20,984 nt of DNA from Silvanigrellaceae bacterium (GTDB lineage Bacteria > Bdellovibrionota_B > Oligoflexia > Silvanigrellales > Silvanigrellaceae), in NCBI GenBank assembly GCA_049423385.1, contig JBMSQQ010000062.1:1-20984 (forward strand), in the 5' to 3' direction. This document shows, in pieces, positions 1 to 8,947 of the stretch (position 1 is its first letter; each line of letters opens with the position of its first letter). The notes beneath the pieces are model-generated. The model was not told where the DNA came from, did no database searches, and saw nothing but the letters and a program-made list of their open reading frames with translations. The position numbers and the translations under genes were made by a program.

Positions 1-34
1 ATACATTCTGAACCGTGAGCAAAGCATCGTTCAT
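1..34 (-). CDS. 5' end of a gene running off the window (MNDALLTVQNV...), possibly an ABC transporter ATP-binding protein
   Basis: ATG at 34-32 with GAGGTG 11 nt upstream; LLTVQNV resembles the first beta-strand of ABC ATPases; only 11 codons visible. Confidence 0.4.
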   Translation of the reverse strand, partial: MNDALLTVQNV

Positions 35-82
35 CTTTGAAGCATCACCTCGTAAACACGGAATTCAGGGGATTTTCAATTA

Positions 83-790
83 TCATTGTCTATACACCAA
101 TCTGAGTCCAGCTCCGAGGGTTGTCTGCTGGGTCAGCGACTTCATGTAAGGCTCCAGTGCCTCGAGAATATCGGAGAGGTCATCCTCGGAAAATATCGCC
201 GGAACGATGGAGTTGTCGCGCTCGTGTTCAATTTCGCTGCGCCCTGCATTTTTCATCGGGGTAAAAATTTGTCCTTGGAGATCGATGGCCAGCTTTTCAG
301 AAAGCACCAGTCTGTAGCCGCCGCCGACGCAAACTCCAGCCCCGATCCCCCAACCGGAATAACTCAATTTCTCGTTTGAGGGGGTCAGATATGAGGCTGC
401 AATCTTTGTAATGCGCAAACTCGGCGCAATCGAAAGAAAAACAGTGTTCCAAACGGGGAGGATGTATTCGGGCAAAAACAGGGAAACATCCACCAGTGAT
501 GCCGAGGGAGACGTCAGCTTGTCAGAGAATTTGCTTTCTTGTGCGGCAGTTGTGAAGTTGGGATTGAGTGAGAGGAATGACATGGAAGTTCGGGCCGCCA
601 TGGTCGAATTCGCCACAGGAACGCCAATCCCAAGAGAGAGGAAGGGCCTTGGCAGAGGCGCATGGGCCCCTGCACCGAGGCTGAATTCATGGAGTTCTGA
701 AAAATCACTTGCCCGGGAATGACAGTTCATCCCAGTCGCGAGCAGGACAGTGGAAAACACAATGACGATTCGAAACAAAGAGCTTCCCAA
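83..790 (-). CDS. Secreted hypothetical protein, probable outer-membrane beta-barrel
   Basis: 235-aa ORF; hydrophobic N-terminal signal-like stretch; alternating Gly/aromatic strands (GWGIGAGVCVGGGYRL, TTLGAGLRLVY); TTG start uncertain. Confidence 0.55.
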   Translation of the reverse strand: MGSSLFRIVIVFSTVLLATGMNCHSRASDFSELHEFSLGAGAHAPLPRPFLSLGIGVPVANSTMAARTSMSFLSLNPNFTTAAQESKFSDKLTSPSASLVDVSLFLPEYILPVWNTVFLSIAPSLRITKIAASYLTPSNEKLSYSGWGIGAGVCVGGGYRLVLSEKLAIDLQGQIFTPMKNAGRSEIEHERDNSIVPAIFSEDDLSDILEALEPYMKSLTQQTTLGAGLRLVYRQ

Positions 791-941
791 AGTGCACCCT
801 TGCGCTTGTTAAACTGTTCCTGGTTCCGGCAGGAGCATTATATATCAGTTGTTTATCATAAAAAACAGCGGGTTGCTGATACCGTCGGATTGCATTTTAT
901 GGCAAGCGGTGTTAGTCCGGCGGTCGAAGGAGATACCGCCC

Positions 942-1520
942 ATGACTATGTATGAAACCCGTGATTTTCGTCGAGGCCTCAAAATTGAACTCAACAACGA
1001 CCCATGGGTGATTGTTGATTTCCAGCACGTCAATCCCGGAAAGGGCGCTGCCTTCACCCGCACGAAAATGAGAAACCTGCGCACGGGCCAGGTTCTCGAG
1101 CAAAATATCAAGAGTGGCGACAAGGTTGCCAAGCCTGACACCGAAGAACGCAACATGCAGTATCTGTATCGCGATTCCGAAGGCTATCACTTCATGGATC
1201 AGCAGAACTACGAACAAATCTCGCTGACCGAAGAGTACGTCGCCGACACCAAGTACTATCTTCTTGAAAATTCAGTATTGAAGGTTCTCTATTATCAAGG
1301 AAAGCCGATTGCTTGCGAAACTGATACTTTCTGTGAGCTCAAGGTTGTTGAAACTCCGCCGGGAGTTCGCGGCGACACCGCAACAGGTGGAACCAAGCAG
1401 GCCACGCTTGAAACCGGGCTTGTTGTTTCGGTTCCGTTTCATATCAACGAAGGAGATGTCCTTCGCATTGACACACGTGACAACACCTATGCAGACCGCG
1501 TGAGTGTTCGAGGAAAGTAA
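942..1520 (+). CDS. efp: Elongation factor P
   Basis: PGKG loop (Lys is residue 34 from ATG 942), [34 protein letters not shown] motifs; RBS AAGGAG at 927-932. Confidence 0.97.
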   Translation: MTMYETRDFRRGLKIELNNDPWVIVDFQHVNPGKGAAFTRTKMRNLRTGQVLEQNIKSGDKVAKPDTEERNMQYLYRDSEGYHFMDQQNYEQISLTEEYVADTKYYLLENSVLKVLYYQGKPIACETDTFCELKVVETPPGVRGDTATGGTKQATLETGLVVSVPFHINEGDVLRIDTRDNTYADRVSVRGK

Positions 1521-1606
1521 CAAGATCGACACGACCGTCGGCCCGTTGTGGTGCCCGTGCGGTTGGATGCAAACCCACCGACCAACGATCAAGGAGAGAT
1601 GTTTTC

Positions 1607-2167
1607 ATGATTGACCTTGGCAAAGTTGAAAAGCTGATGTCACTGATGGCTCAATACGGTGTCGACGTCGTTCAGGCTGAAACTGGTCCGGAAAAAATTG
1701 CGCTTGCCAAGAGTGCGGGTGCACTGACTGCAATGGCGGCACTGAATTCCGGAGCAGGACATGCAGACTCGTCGGCTGCCCAGCGTGTTGCCTCCGCTTC
1801 CACAGGGGGAAGTTTGACTTCCTCCACGTCGGCAGCTCCGGTCGCGACGCAAACATCTTCATCCCTGGCCTCATCGACAGCTTCATCAGCGCCTGCCGCA
1901 GCCCCTGCCCAGGCAAAACCTGTTCCCGAGGGTACGACCATCAGCAGCCCTTTTGTGGGCACTTTCTATCGGTCACCCTCACCTGATTCTCCGATGTTTG
2001 TTGATATCGGCACACGGGTTAAAAAGGGACAAACCCTGTGCATCGTCGAAGCGATGAAGTTGATGAACGAAATCGAGGCTGAAGTCGACGGAGAAGTTGT
2101 TGGCATTCTGGTGGAAAACGCCAAGCCAGTGGAATTCGGAACACCATTGTTCATTATCAAATCCTGA
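1607..2167 (+). CDS. accB: Acetyl-CoA carboxylase biotin carboxyl carrier protein
   Basis: [13 protein letters not shown] and biotinylation motif [17 protein letters not shown] upstream. Confidence 0.96.
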   Translation: MIDLGKVEKLMSLMAQYGVDVVQAETGPEKIALAKSAGALTAMAALNSGAGHADSSAAQRVASASTGGSLTSSTSAAPVATQTSSSLASSTASSAPAAAPAQAKPVPEGTTISSPFVGTFYRSPSPDSPMFVDIGTRVKKGQTLCIVEAMKLMNEIEAEVDGEVVGILVENAKPVEFGTPLFIIKS

Positions 2168-2193
2168 TCGTCACGGACTGACACGGGGGAGTT

Positions 2194-3546
2194 GTGAAAA
2201 AGATTCTGATTGCCAACCGAGGCGAAATTGCTGTGCGCATCATTCGTGCGTGTCGCGAGCTCGGCTTGAAGACTGTCGCAGTTTATTCGCAAGCAGACAA
2301 ACACAGCCTGCATGCCAAACTGGCCGACGAAGCCATCTGCATTGGGCCTGCGGAGAGCAAGAAAAGCTATCTCAACATTCCGGCAATCATGGCCGCAGCC
2401 GAGGTCAGTGGTGCAGATGCCATTCATCCTGGTTATGGATTTTTGTCCGAGAACGCCGCTTTTGCAGATGTTTGTCGAAAATGTGAGATCATTTTCATAG
2501 GCCCAACGCCCGAGCAAATGCGTGATTTGGGCGAAAAGGTCGCCGCGCGGGCGGTGGCTCGCAGGGCAGGTTTGCCGTTTTTGCCGGGCTCGAATGGCGC
2601 ATTGCCTGATCAAGAAACCGCACGCAGAACCGCGCGTGAGATTGGCTATCCGGTAATCCTCAAAGCCAGCGGTGGCGGCGGTGGTCGTGGCATGAAAATT
2701 GTCTACAATGACGCCGAACTTGAAAAAGCCTATCTGAATTGTCGAACCGAAGCGGCAGCGGCATTTGGCAACTCGGAAGTCTATCTTGAAAAATATCTTG
2801 AAAACCCTCGTCACGTTGAAATTCAGGTTCTGGCCGACAAATTCGGCAACATGATTCACCTGGGTGAGCGCGATTGCAGCGTGCAACGCAGACACCAAAA
2901 GGTGATCGAAGAAGCTCCCTGCCCACACATCACACCCGAGCTGCGCGACAAGGTTGGCGGATACGCCCTCTCATTGGCGCGTGAAGTTGGTTACCACGGT
3001 GCGGGAACGGTCGAGTTTCTGATGGACGACGACAAAAACGTTTACTTCATGGAAATGAACACGCGTATCCAGGTCGAACATCCGGTCACGGAACAGATCA
3101 CAGGCATCGATCTCCTGCAGTGGCAAATCAAGGTTGCGTTGGGTGAAAAGCTTCCCTTTCAGCAGGAAGACATCCAGATCCAAGGTCATGCCATTGAATG
3201 CCGAATCAACGCTGAGGATCCGAAAACCTTTGCTCCGTGGCCAGGACTCATCACCAACTACAGCGTGCCCGGTGGCTTCGGCGTGCGCGTCGATGGTTTT
3301 GCCTACCATGGTTACACCGTGGTTCCGCATTATGACTCGCTGATCGCCAAGTTGATTGTATACGCGGATACGCGCGAGCAGGCATTGGCCAAAATGGAAT
3401 CCGCGCTGCGCGAGTACATTATCGACGGAATTCGAACCAACATTCCATTCCATCTCGATGTGTTGGCTCATCCCGAATTCCGCAACAGCCGCCATTCAAC
3501 TCGTTTTCTCGAGCGCGCAGGCTTCGTGAAGACCAAAGGATCGTGA
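2194..3546 (+). CDS. accC: Acetyl-CoA carboxylase biotin carboxylase subunit
   Basis: [55 protein letters not shown]; 450 aa; GTG start with GGGGAG; follows accB. Confidence 0.98.
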   Translation: MKKILIANRGEIAVRIIRACRELGLKTVAVYSQADKHSLHAKLADEAICIGPAESKKSYLNIPAIMAAAEVSGADAIHPGYGFLSENAAFADVCRKCEIIFIGPTPEQMRDLGEKVAARAVARRAGLPFLPGSNGALPDQETARRTAREIGYPVILKASGGGGGRGMKIVYNDAELEKAYLNCRTEAAAAFGNSEVYLEKYLENPRHVEIQVLADKFGNMIHLGERDCSVQRRHQKVIEEAPCPHITPELRDKVGGYALSLAREVGYHGAGTVEFLMDDDKNVYFMEMNTRIQVEHPVTEQITGIDLLQWQIKVALGEKLPFQQEDIQIQGHAIECRINAEDPKTFAPWPGLITNYSVPGGFGVRVDGFAYHGYTVVPHYDSLIAKLIVYADTREQALAKMESALREYIIDGIRTNIPFHLDVLAHPEFRNSRHSTRFLERAGFVKTKGS

Positions 3547-3596
3547 CGCCGCAGTTCATTTTCACTGCGATTCAACGTCACGAATCTTCTTTTTTC
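3541..3596 (+). terminator. Extended hairpin plus T-tract after accC, probable intrinsic terminator
   Basis: TCGTGACG (3541-3548)/CGTCACGA (3576-3583) outer stem, CGCAGT/ACTGCG inner stem, followed by TCTTCTTTTTT; lies between convergent genes. Confidence 0.5.
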
Positions 3597-3603
3597 TATT
3601 GAT

Positions 3604-4134
3604 TCAGAAAAACGTCACGCTTCCACTGAAGAGGTCATTTTCAACCGACTCAGGAACCACGCTGGTTGCGATTTTCACTTTGCCGTCCGCAGAACGCAGT
3701 TCGATCTTGTTTGCTTTCTGAACATCCAGAGATCCGTCACAAATCAGCACATCCGATTCAACGGCATTGTCGAGAAGCGACACGTCGCTCGAGGCACATT
3801 TCGTCTTGAGGTGAAGATTCGGAAAGTCTTCGGCGCGCATCACATAGAAGGCTTCCGTAGAATCATGCCGGACAAAAAAATGGATTTCCGATCCGGATTT
3901 TGGATTCACTTCTTTGCCGCCGCTCATGAACCGAAGCAGAAGCTTTTTGGGTGGTGCCTCCGGAATCTGAGAAGTCAAGTTTTGCAGCGGTACAGGCGTC
4001 ACAACGACCGTCTCGCCGACGTTCATTCGCACCACCCGGGGAGTTCGCGCGCCACAGGATTGTGGAACAACAAAAGCCGCCGCGGCAGCGAGTCCCAAGG
4101 TACCTGCTGAAACCGCAAATTTGATTCGTTTCAT
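3604..4134 (-). CDS. Hypothetical exported protein, possible lipoprotein
   Basis: MKRIK followed by an Ala-rich hydrophobic stretch and PQS-C; ATGA overlap with the upstream gene. Confidence 0.75.
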   Translation of the reverse strand: MKRIKFAVSAGTLGLAAAAAFVVPQSCGARTPRVVRMNVGETVVVTPVPLQNLTSQIPEAPPKKLLLRFMSGGKEVNPKSGSEIHFFVRHDSTEAFYVMRAEDFPNLHLKTKCASSDVSLLDNAVESDVLICDGSLDVQKANKIELRSADGKVKIATSVVPESVENDLFSGSVTFF

Positions 4135-5783
4135 TGTGAACCTCTCATCTCGAACAACGAAAGTCGGCTGAAGTTGTTGGTTGTTCCATCTGAACTGACC
4201 TTGATTTCGAGCATGTCGATATCACCACCGCAGTCCTTCGAGGACAGGCCAAACAAGGTGGCCGAGTTTTTGAATTGTTGGGTGTAGTCGATGTAGGCGC
4301 CCTTGCTTCCACCTTCCTTGTAGCAGACAATCTCCATCTTGAGTCCACGCAAGTCTTCGGTCAATTTTGATGCGGCACTCCAACCGGCGGCAACCGCCCT
4401 CACGGGTTTGCCGGCAACGAATCCTTTCAGTTTTTTGAAGTCGATGACCTTGACCTGATCAGGGGCGTAAAGTGTCAGGCCGGTGAAGTCGTTGTACATA
4501 TACGCGTCACCGGTGATGTCTGCGACTTTGGTGACACTGATTCCTTTTGCAAAATCGTTCTTGTCGTTAACTTCAAACAGGAACACTTGTGATGTACCGC
4601 CGCGCATGATTCCCACAACCCGACCATCACCCACGGCACTCATCGGGCCTATGCTTCCAACATTTTCGGGATTCAAACTGGCGCATTGGTTTGCTGCCTG
4701 GGTGCAGTCGGTTCCGTTCGCTGCGATGCACTCTTGTTTGGCGACCGTAATGTTGCCACCCATGGCTCCAAAGATCACGTTGTTCACCGGATCGTGCGCG
4801 AATGTATAGGCGCTTTGGGCGGTCACCACATTTCCATTCAAATCGCCAGAAAGTGCATAAGCAATATTGCCTTTGGTTTGCATGGTGTAGTTGCAAACCT
4901 TGCGCCCTGCGATGTTGGCATTGGGAAGATTGGATGCGGGAAGTTCGCTCATTTTTTCGACGTTGACTCCCCACATGCCACCGCCATTGGCACCGAGGTA
5001 AAATGCTTTTCGGGTTTGATCCATGAACGAGCCATAGGCTGCCACGCTTCCCACTGCCGCAAACTCACCGAATCCGGTGTTCAACGAGCCGAAGGTGATC
5101 TCTTCCTTCTTAGCCAGATTGATTCCGGTGGGAAGGCTTTTGTCGATGGGTATGCGCACGAATTTTTTGGTGCTGCTGGTCGTGCCGTAAGCCAAGCCGA
5201 TGTAGGGTTGGCTGCCAATCTTGAAAGAAGTGACAGACAATCGGCTGCCTGAGAGTTGATCAGTCGGGCGATAAATCGGAATCGCCTTGCCAGGATTTTT
5301 GTCGCTTGCGAGCCAAACACCACCGTCGCCGCCCGAACGATTGGTGCGACCAATCAAGAGTCCAATTTCTGAAACATAGGTTCGATGCCCGCTATTGGTC
5401 GATTTGGTTCCGCTCTCATCGACCATGGTCCAGGTCGTTTTGGGCCAACCAGCGGCCTGATTGAGCTTGATTCGGGTGACCTCGTCGGACGTCACGATCC
5501 AAGCTTCGGCATCAGATGCTGCGCTTTGGAACGGCGTGTCACCACCAAAGGAAACTCCCACGTTTTCACCCGCCGGGAAAATCTTTGCGTCCCTCTCCAC
5601 GGGGAGTCCCTTCATGTCAACGTTTTCCACTCCCGGCTTTGGTTTCGGTTTGCTGGTGGGATTGCGGCTGTTCCCTGTGAAGCCCGTTTCTGCGCAGCCA
5701 AAATGTGTCAAGAATACGATGAAAACTGCCGCCCAGAAGACAGGCTGGCTGCCACGCGTCATGCGAAAGTGAAACCGTTTCAT
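4131..5783 (-). CDS. Hypothetical lipoprotein (550 aa), probable beta-propeller plus C-terminal beta domain
   Basis: Start reassigned to ATG 5783 (AGGAG upstream); signal peptide ending THFG-C; Pro/Lys linker; Gly-rich beta-strand pattern. Confidence 0.8.
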   Translation of the reverse strand: MKRFHFRMTRGSQPVFWAAVFIVFLTHFGCAETGFTGNSRNPTSKPKPKPGVENVDMKGLPVERDAKIFPAGENVGVSFGGDTPFQSAASDAEAWIVTSDEVTRIKLNQAAGWPKTTWTMVDESGTKSTNSGHRTYVSEIGLLIGRTNRSGGDGGVWLASDKNPGKAIPIYRPTDQLSGSRLSVTSFKIGSQPYIGLAYGTTSSTKKFVRIPIDKSLPTGINLAKKEEITFGSLNTGFGEFAAVGSVAAYGSFMDQTRKAFYLGANGGGMWGVNVEKMSELPASNLPNANIAGRKVCNYTMQTKGNIAYALSGDLNGNVVTAQSAYTFAHDPVNNVIFGAMGGNITVAKQECIAANGTDCTQAANQCASLNPENVGSIGPMSAVGDGRVVGIMRGGTSQVFLFEVNDKNDFAKGISVTKVADITGDAYMYNDFTGLTLYAPDQVKVIDFKKLKGFVAGKPVRAVAAGWSAASKLTEDLRGLKMEIVCYKEGGSKGAYIDYTQQFKNSATLFGLSSKDCGGDIDMLEIKVSSDGTTNNFSRLSLFEMRGSQ

Positions 5784-5875
5784 TTTTAAGCTCCTGAAAA
5801 CATTAGATTCAGCACCCATGGAGAGGCGCTTCACCCTGCGACTTATGACTTATCGGAGTTTTTCAGGATATTTCT

Positions 5876-6268
5876 TCAAGATTCTGATGGGACTGCCAGA
5901 ATAACAACCGTGGCAGTGGCAAAGTTGCCGTCATGTGCAAGGGATACGTCGTGCTGACTGGTGGTTCCGGAAGATGAGATCAACTTCTCGGCTGCGGGCG
6001 AGAGTTTCAGCGAGGGACGTCCGTTGTCCGTGTTCTCGATCCAAACGTCCTGTGGGCCCATTCCTTGAACGTACAAGCCAGTTCCAAGAGCTTTGAAAAA
6101 GGCTTCCTTGGCAGCGAATCGAGCGGCAAACGAAGCAGCGGGCCGAGCCTTCGATTGGCAGTAGTCAATTTCGGTGGGGTGAAAAACTTTCCTGAGAAAA
6201 CTCTCTTTCGCGATCGACTTTTCAATCCGGTCAACCGCAACGATGTCGGTACCTATCCTGATTTTCAA
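5876..6268 (-). CDS. acpS: Holo-[acyl-carrier-protein] synthase
   Basis: IGTDIV, AARFAAKEAFFKALGTG, GRP, VSLAHD motifs; TTG start with GGAGG. Confidence 0.95.
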   Translation of the reverse strand: MKIRIGTDIVAVDRIEKSIAKESFLRKVFHPTEIDYCQSKARPAASFAARFAAKEAFFKALGTGLYVQGMGPQDVWIENTDNGRPSLKLSPAAEKLISSSGTTSQHDVSLAHDGNFATATVVILAVPSES

Positions 6269-6298
6269 AGTCGAATCCTCCGTTGTCGCTGGTCGTGA

Positions 6299-7492
6299 TC
6301 AGCGCACGATCTTGTTGAAACGCGTTCCGCGAGTCATGCCAGATTTTCCTGAAAGATAATAGTTGGCACAGAGACATCCTGCAGGTTGGCTTGAGCAAAA
6401 TGGGCCTGCGGACTGTTCCTCAAAATCACGGAGCAACAGTGTCCGACCATGGGCAACCAGGTCATTGGCACCGCGCTGAATCATCTGCGCAAGATATTGA
6501 ACGTAGTCGGGATCGTCATCGAGATTTTTCACCCGTGAAAATGATGCGACACCTTTGTGTTTTGCAAGCTCGGCATATTCGAGGTCGATTTCAACGAGTG
6601 TTTCTATGTGATCTGAGACGAATGCCACTGGCCAGACAAGCATGTGTTCGACCCCTTGCGCGCAAAGCCTGTCTATCGAGTCTTCCGTGGTTGGACTCAT
6701 CCATTTTACAGGTCCCACCGCGCTTTGCCAGCACAAAGTCCAGTCGCGTCCTTCGAGCAAACCAAGCCTGCGGGTGACTTCCTGTGCAGTGCGGCGAATC
6801 TGCAGGGGATAAGGGTCACCCTGGGCAACATAGCTCAAAGGCAAATTGTGGGCGCTGATGAGCAGATGCCTCTGCCCGTGTGGAAGTTCATTCCAACTTT
6901 TACCCACGCGCGCCGTCCAGAGATCCACAAAGAGCGGGTCGTCGCCATAGGAAGCAAAGGAACGGATTTTAATATTATTGAAAGCTTGATTTGACTGTCT
7001 TACGAGAGCCAAATCTCGCAGGCTTGTTCCAGTTGTTGCGCGAGCACAATGCGGATATTGCGACAACAGCCAGAGTTCGTCGATTTGTGCCTCGACACAC
7101 TTTTGCAAAACGGTGCTCGCTCTTGGTTCGCTGTAGCGCATCAAGGGCGAGATCCCGGCAAGCAAGTAGGAAGTTTTTTCGCCGTCTTGGGTTGAGTTTA
7201 GAATTTTGCGGCCACTGGCATCGAGTTGCGCCGCCAGCCCCGTGGCAACCGCACGCGTGATGCGCAACTGTGGCGAACCACCACCCATCAACATGTAACG
7301 CTTTTTGACCTCTTCCAGTCGCTTGCCAATGATCTTGTTGGCTACAAAACCTTGCAGGAGGGATCCCAATGGAATGTCGAGCAGGTCGGGGTCATTGAAA
7401 AGCGCCCGCAAAAACGGCTCGACGTCGGCCTGGGTGTCCGGACCACCCATGTTGTAAAGCGCGATCCAGACCTGTTTTGTGTTTGAAGTCAT
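6299..7492 (-). CDS. hemH: Ferrochelatase
   Basis: NMGGP, GGGSP, MRY, SAHNLP, GDPY, WQSAVGPVKW, PVAFVSDHIETLVEID; start placed at ATG 7492 (397 aa). Confidence 0.95.
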   Translation of the reverse strand: MTSNTKQVWIALYNMGGPDTQADVEPFLRALFNDPDLLDIPLGSLLQGFVANKIIGKRLEEVKKRYMLMGGGSPQLRITRAVATGLAAQLDASGRKILNSTQDGEKTSYLLAGISPLMRYSEPRASTVLQKCVEAQIDELWLLSQYPHCARATTGTSLRDLALVRQSNQAFNNIKIRSFASYGDDPLFVDLWTARVGKSWNELPHGQRHLLISAHNLPLSYVAQGDPYPLQIRRTAQEVTRRLGLLEGRDWTLCWQSAVGPVKWMSPTTEDSIDRLCAQGVEHMLVWPVAFVSDHIETLVEIDLEYAELAKHKGVASFSRVKNLDDDPDYVQYLAQMIQRGANDLVAHGRTLLLRDFEEQSAGPFCSSQPAGCLCANYYLSGKSGMTRGTRFNKIVR

Positions 7493-7604
7493 GCTGTTGT
7501 TTCCCAGAAAGATTGGCAGAGCTCTGCAGTCCTGTACAAATGTGCCTATGCTACATCCTGACACAATGACAAGTCTTTGTGGGCAGGACAAGTCACAACG
7601 ATGG

Positions 7605-7634
7605 TTGCCCTCGAGGACCGATGGCGCGTATAGT
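7605..7634 (+). promoter_or_regulatory. Candidate sigma70 promoter for clpP
   Basis: TTGCCC-N18-TATAGT, about 50 nt upstream of the clpP ATG. Confidence 0.35.
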
Positions 7635-7682
7635 CAGGGCGTCGGGTGGTGTTACCTTGAATCACGAGCAACGGAGTTGTCC

Positions 7683-8267
7683 ATGCCAAAGATAGAAGAG
7701 CTTTCGGAACTGCTTGAAGGCAATACATCAAAACATCTGTTCCAACAGCGATTGCTCGTTCTCAGTGAACCGATCAACGCCGCTGTGGCCAAGCGCACCA
7801 TCGAATCGTTGTTGGCTCTCGAGGCGGCCGATGCACAGAAGGATATCTGGATGTTCATCAACAGCCCTGGCGGCGAGGTGAATTCCGGATTCGCAATATA
7901 CGACACCATGCGTTTCGTTCGCCCGAACGTGAAATGTGTTGTTTCCGGATTGTGTGCATCCATTGCAACGGTGATCCTTTTGGGGGCTGACAAGGCTCAT
8001 CGGTATTCGATGCCCAACAGCCGCATCCTGATTCACCAACCGCTCATCGGCGGCACGGTGCAGGGACAGGCAACCGACATTGACATCACTGCCCGCGAAA
8101 TTCTCAAGACACGCGAAAAGCTTGTTGAACTCTACAACAAGGAAACCGGCCAGTCGCTTGATCGTCTGCGCAAGGACATCGAACGTGACTATTGGATGAG
8201 CGCGCAGGAAGCCATGGAATATGGACTCATCTCGCGGGTCATCAATGGTTGGGGCGAAGTGCGCTGA
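7683..8267 (+). CDS. clpP: ATP-dependent Clp protease proteolytic subunit
   Basis: FINSPGG, AIYDTM, catalytic Ser (CASIA), His (ILIHQP), Asp (QATDI), ERDYWMSAQEAMEYGLI; ATG 7683 with GGAG. Confidence 0.95.
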   Translation: MPKIEELSELLEGNTSKHLFQQRLLVLSEPINAAVAKRTIESLLALEAADAQKDIWMFINSPGGEVNSGFAIYDTMRFVRPNVKCVVSGLCASIATVILLGADKAHRYSMPNSRILIHQPLIGGTVQGQATDIDITAREILKTREKLVELYNKETGQSLDRLRKDIERDYWMSAQEAMEYGLISRVINGWGEVR

Positions 8268-8286
8268 TTGATTCTTTTGGATTGAT

Positions 8287-8326
8287 AAAAAACCGCTGAA
8301 ATTGACAAGATTTCAGCGGGTTTTTT
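8287..8326. terminator. Intrinsic terminator hairpin after clpP, with A-tract and T-tract flanks
   Basis: AAAAAA-CCGCTGAAAT-loop-ATTTCAGCGG-G-TTTTTT, perfect 10-bp stem. Confidence 0.85.
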
Positions 8327-8331
8327 ATTAT
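8302..8331 (+). promoter_or_regulatory. Sigma70-type promoter for the lipocalin gene, embedded in the terminator
   Basis: TTGACA (8302-8307)-N18-TATTAT (8326-8331). Confidence 0.6.
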
Positions 8332-8416
8332 ACGTCGCAAATGCCGGAAATAGGTTGTGCTGTGCTTCCGAGAGGACTAGAGTCAGCTTTTGGTTTCGAA
8401 CCACAAGGAGGCCTTC

Positions 8417-8947
8417 GTGAAAAAGTCATTGGCAACGCTGGCAATTGGAATCGCTGTTTCTGCTCCTGCATTTGCGGTCGACCTGGACGGAGCCAAGGGC
8501 TTTGAACCCGAAAAATTTCTTGGAACCTGGTACCAAATCCAAAGCACAAATCCAGTTTTTCAGCGCAACTGCAAATGCGCAAAGGCCGAGTATTCGACAA
8601 TCGATGCAAAGACCATCAAGGTCGTGAACACCTGCTATGAATTTGATGGCGGTGTTTCCAACGCAACCGGGAAGGCCGTGATTGGTGATCCTGCCAAGCC
8701 AAGCCGTTTGTCCGTGAGCTTCTCGCCGATTTCGTTCGGCGGAGTCAATTATGTCGTGACCGAATTTGGCGAAAATTACGAGTACGCCGTGATCGTCACA
8801 CCTGGAAATGCACCGATCTGGATTCTCTCGCGCGAGAAAGAACTTTCTCCCAGCGTGCTGGCAGGAATCCACCTGCGACTTGTTCAGGCTGGGGTTAAAA
8901 TCAACAACCTCAAGGATACAAGTCCGCTTCTGTGTGAGAGCCTCTGA
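8417..8947 (+). CDS. Secreted lipocalin (Blc/ApoD-like)
   Basis: GTG start with AAGGAGG; Sec signal ending APAFA; FLGTWYQI (SCR1), NYEYAVI (SCR2-like), WILSRE (SCR3). Confidence 0.9.
   Translation: MKKSLATLAIGIAVSAPAFAVDLDGAKGFEPEKFLGTWYQIQSTNPVFQRNCKCAKAEYSTIDAKTIKVVNTCYEFDGGVSNATGKAVIGDPAKPSRLSVSFSPISFGGVNYVVTEFGENYEYAVIVTPGNAPIWILSREKELSPSVLAGIHLRLVQAGVKINNLKDTSPLLCESL

Noticed and set aside
1966..3495. Long antisense ORFs (320 aa and 174 aa) opposite accB/accC
   Set aside because: Shadow frames of a conserved, codon-biased gene; no motifs of their own
7479..7682. N-terminal extensions of clpP and hemH overlapping each other in the ORF track
   Set aside because: Family homology begins near ATG 7683 (which has an RBS) and ATG 7492; the region is better read as a divergent promoter
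8335..8410. Riboswitch in the lipocalin leader (GCAAA/GGAAA words, small TGGTT-TCG-AACCA hairpin)
   Set aside because: Could not build the paired architecture of any known riboswitch; an Infernal/Rfam scan would settle it
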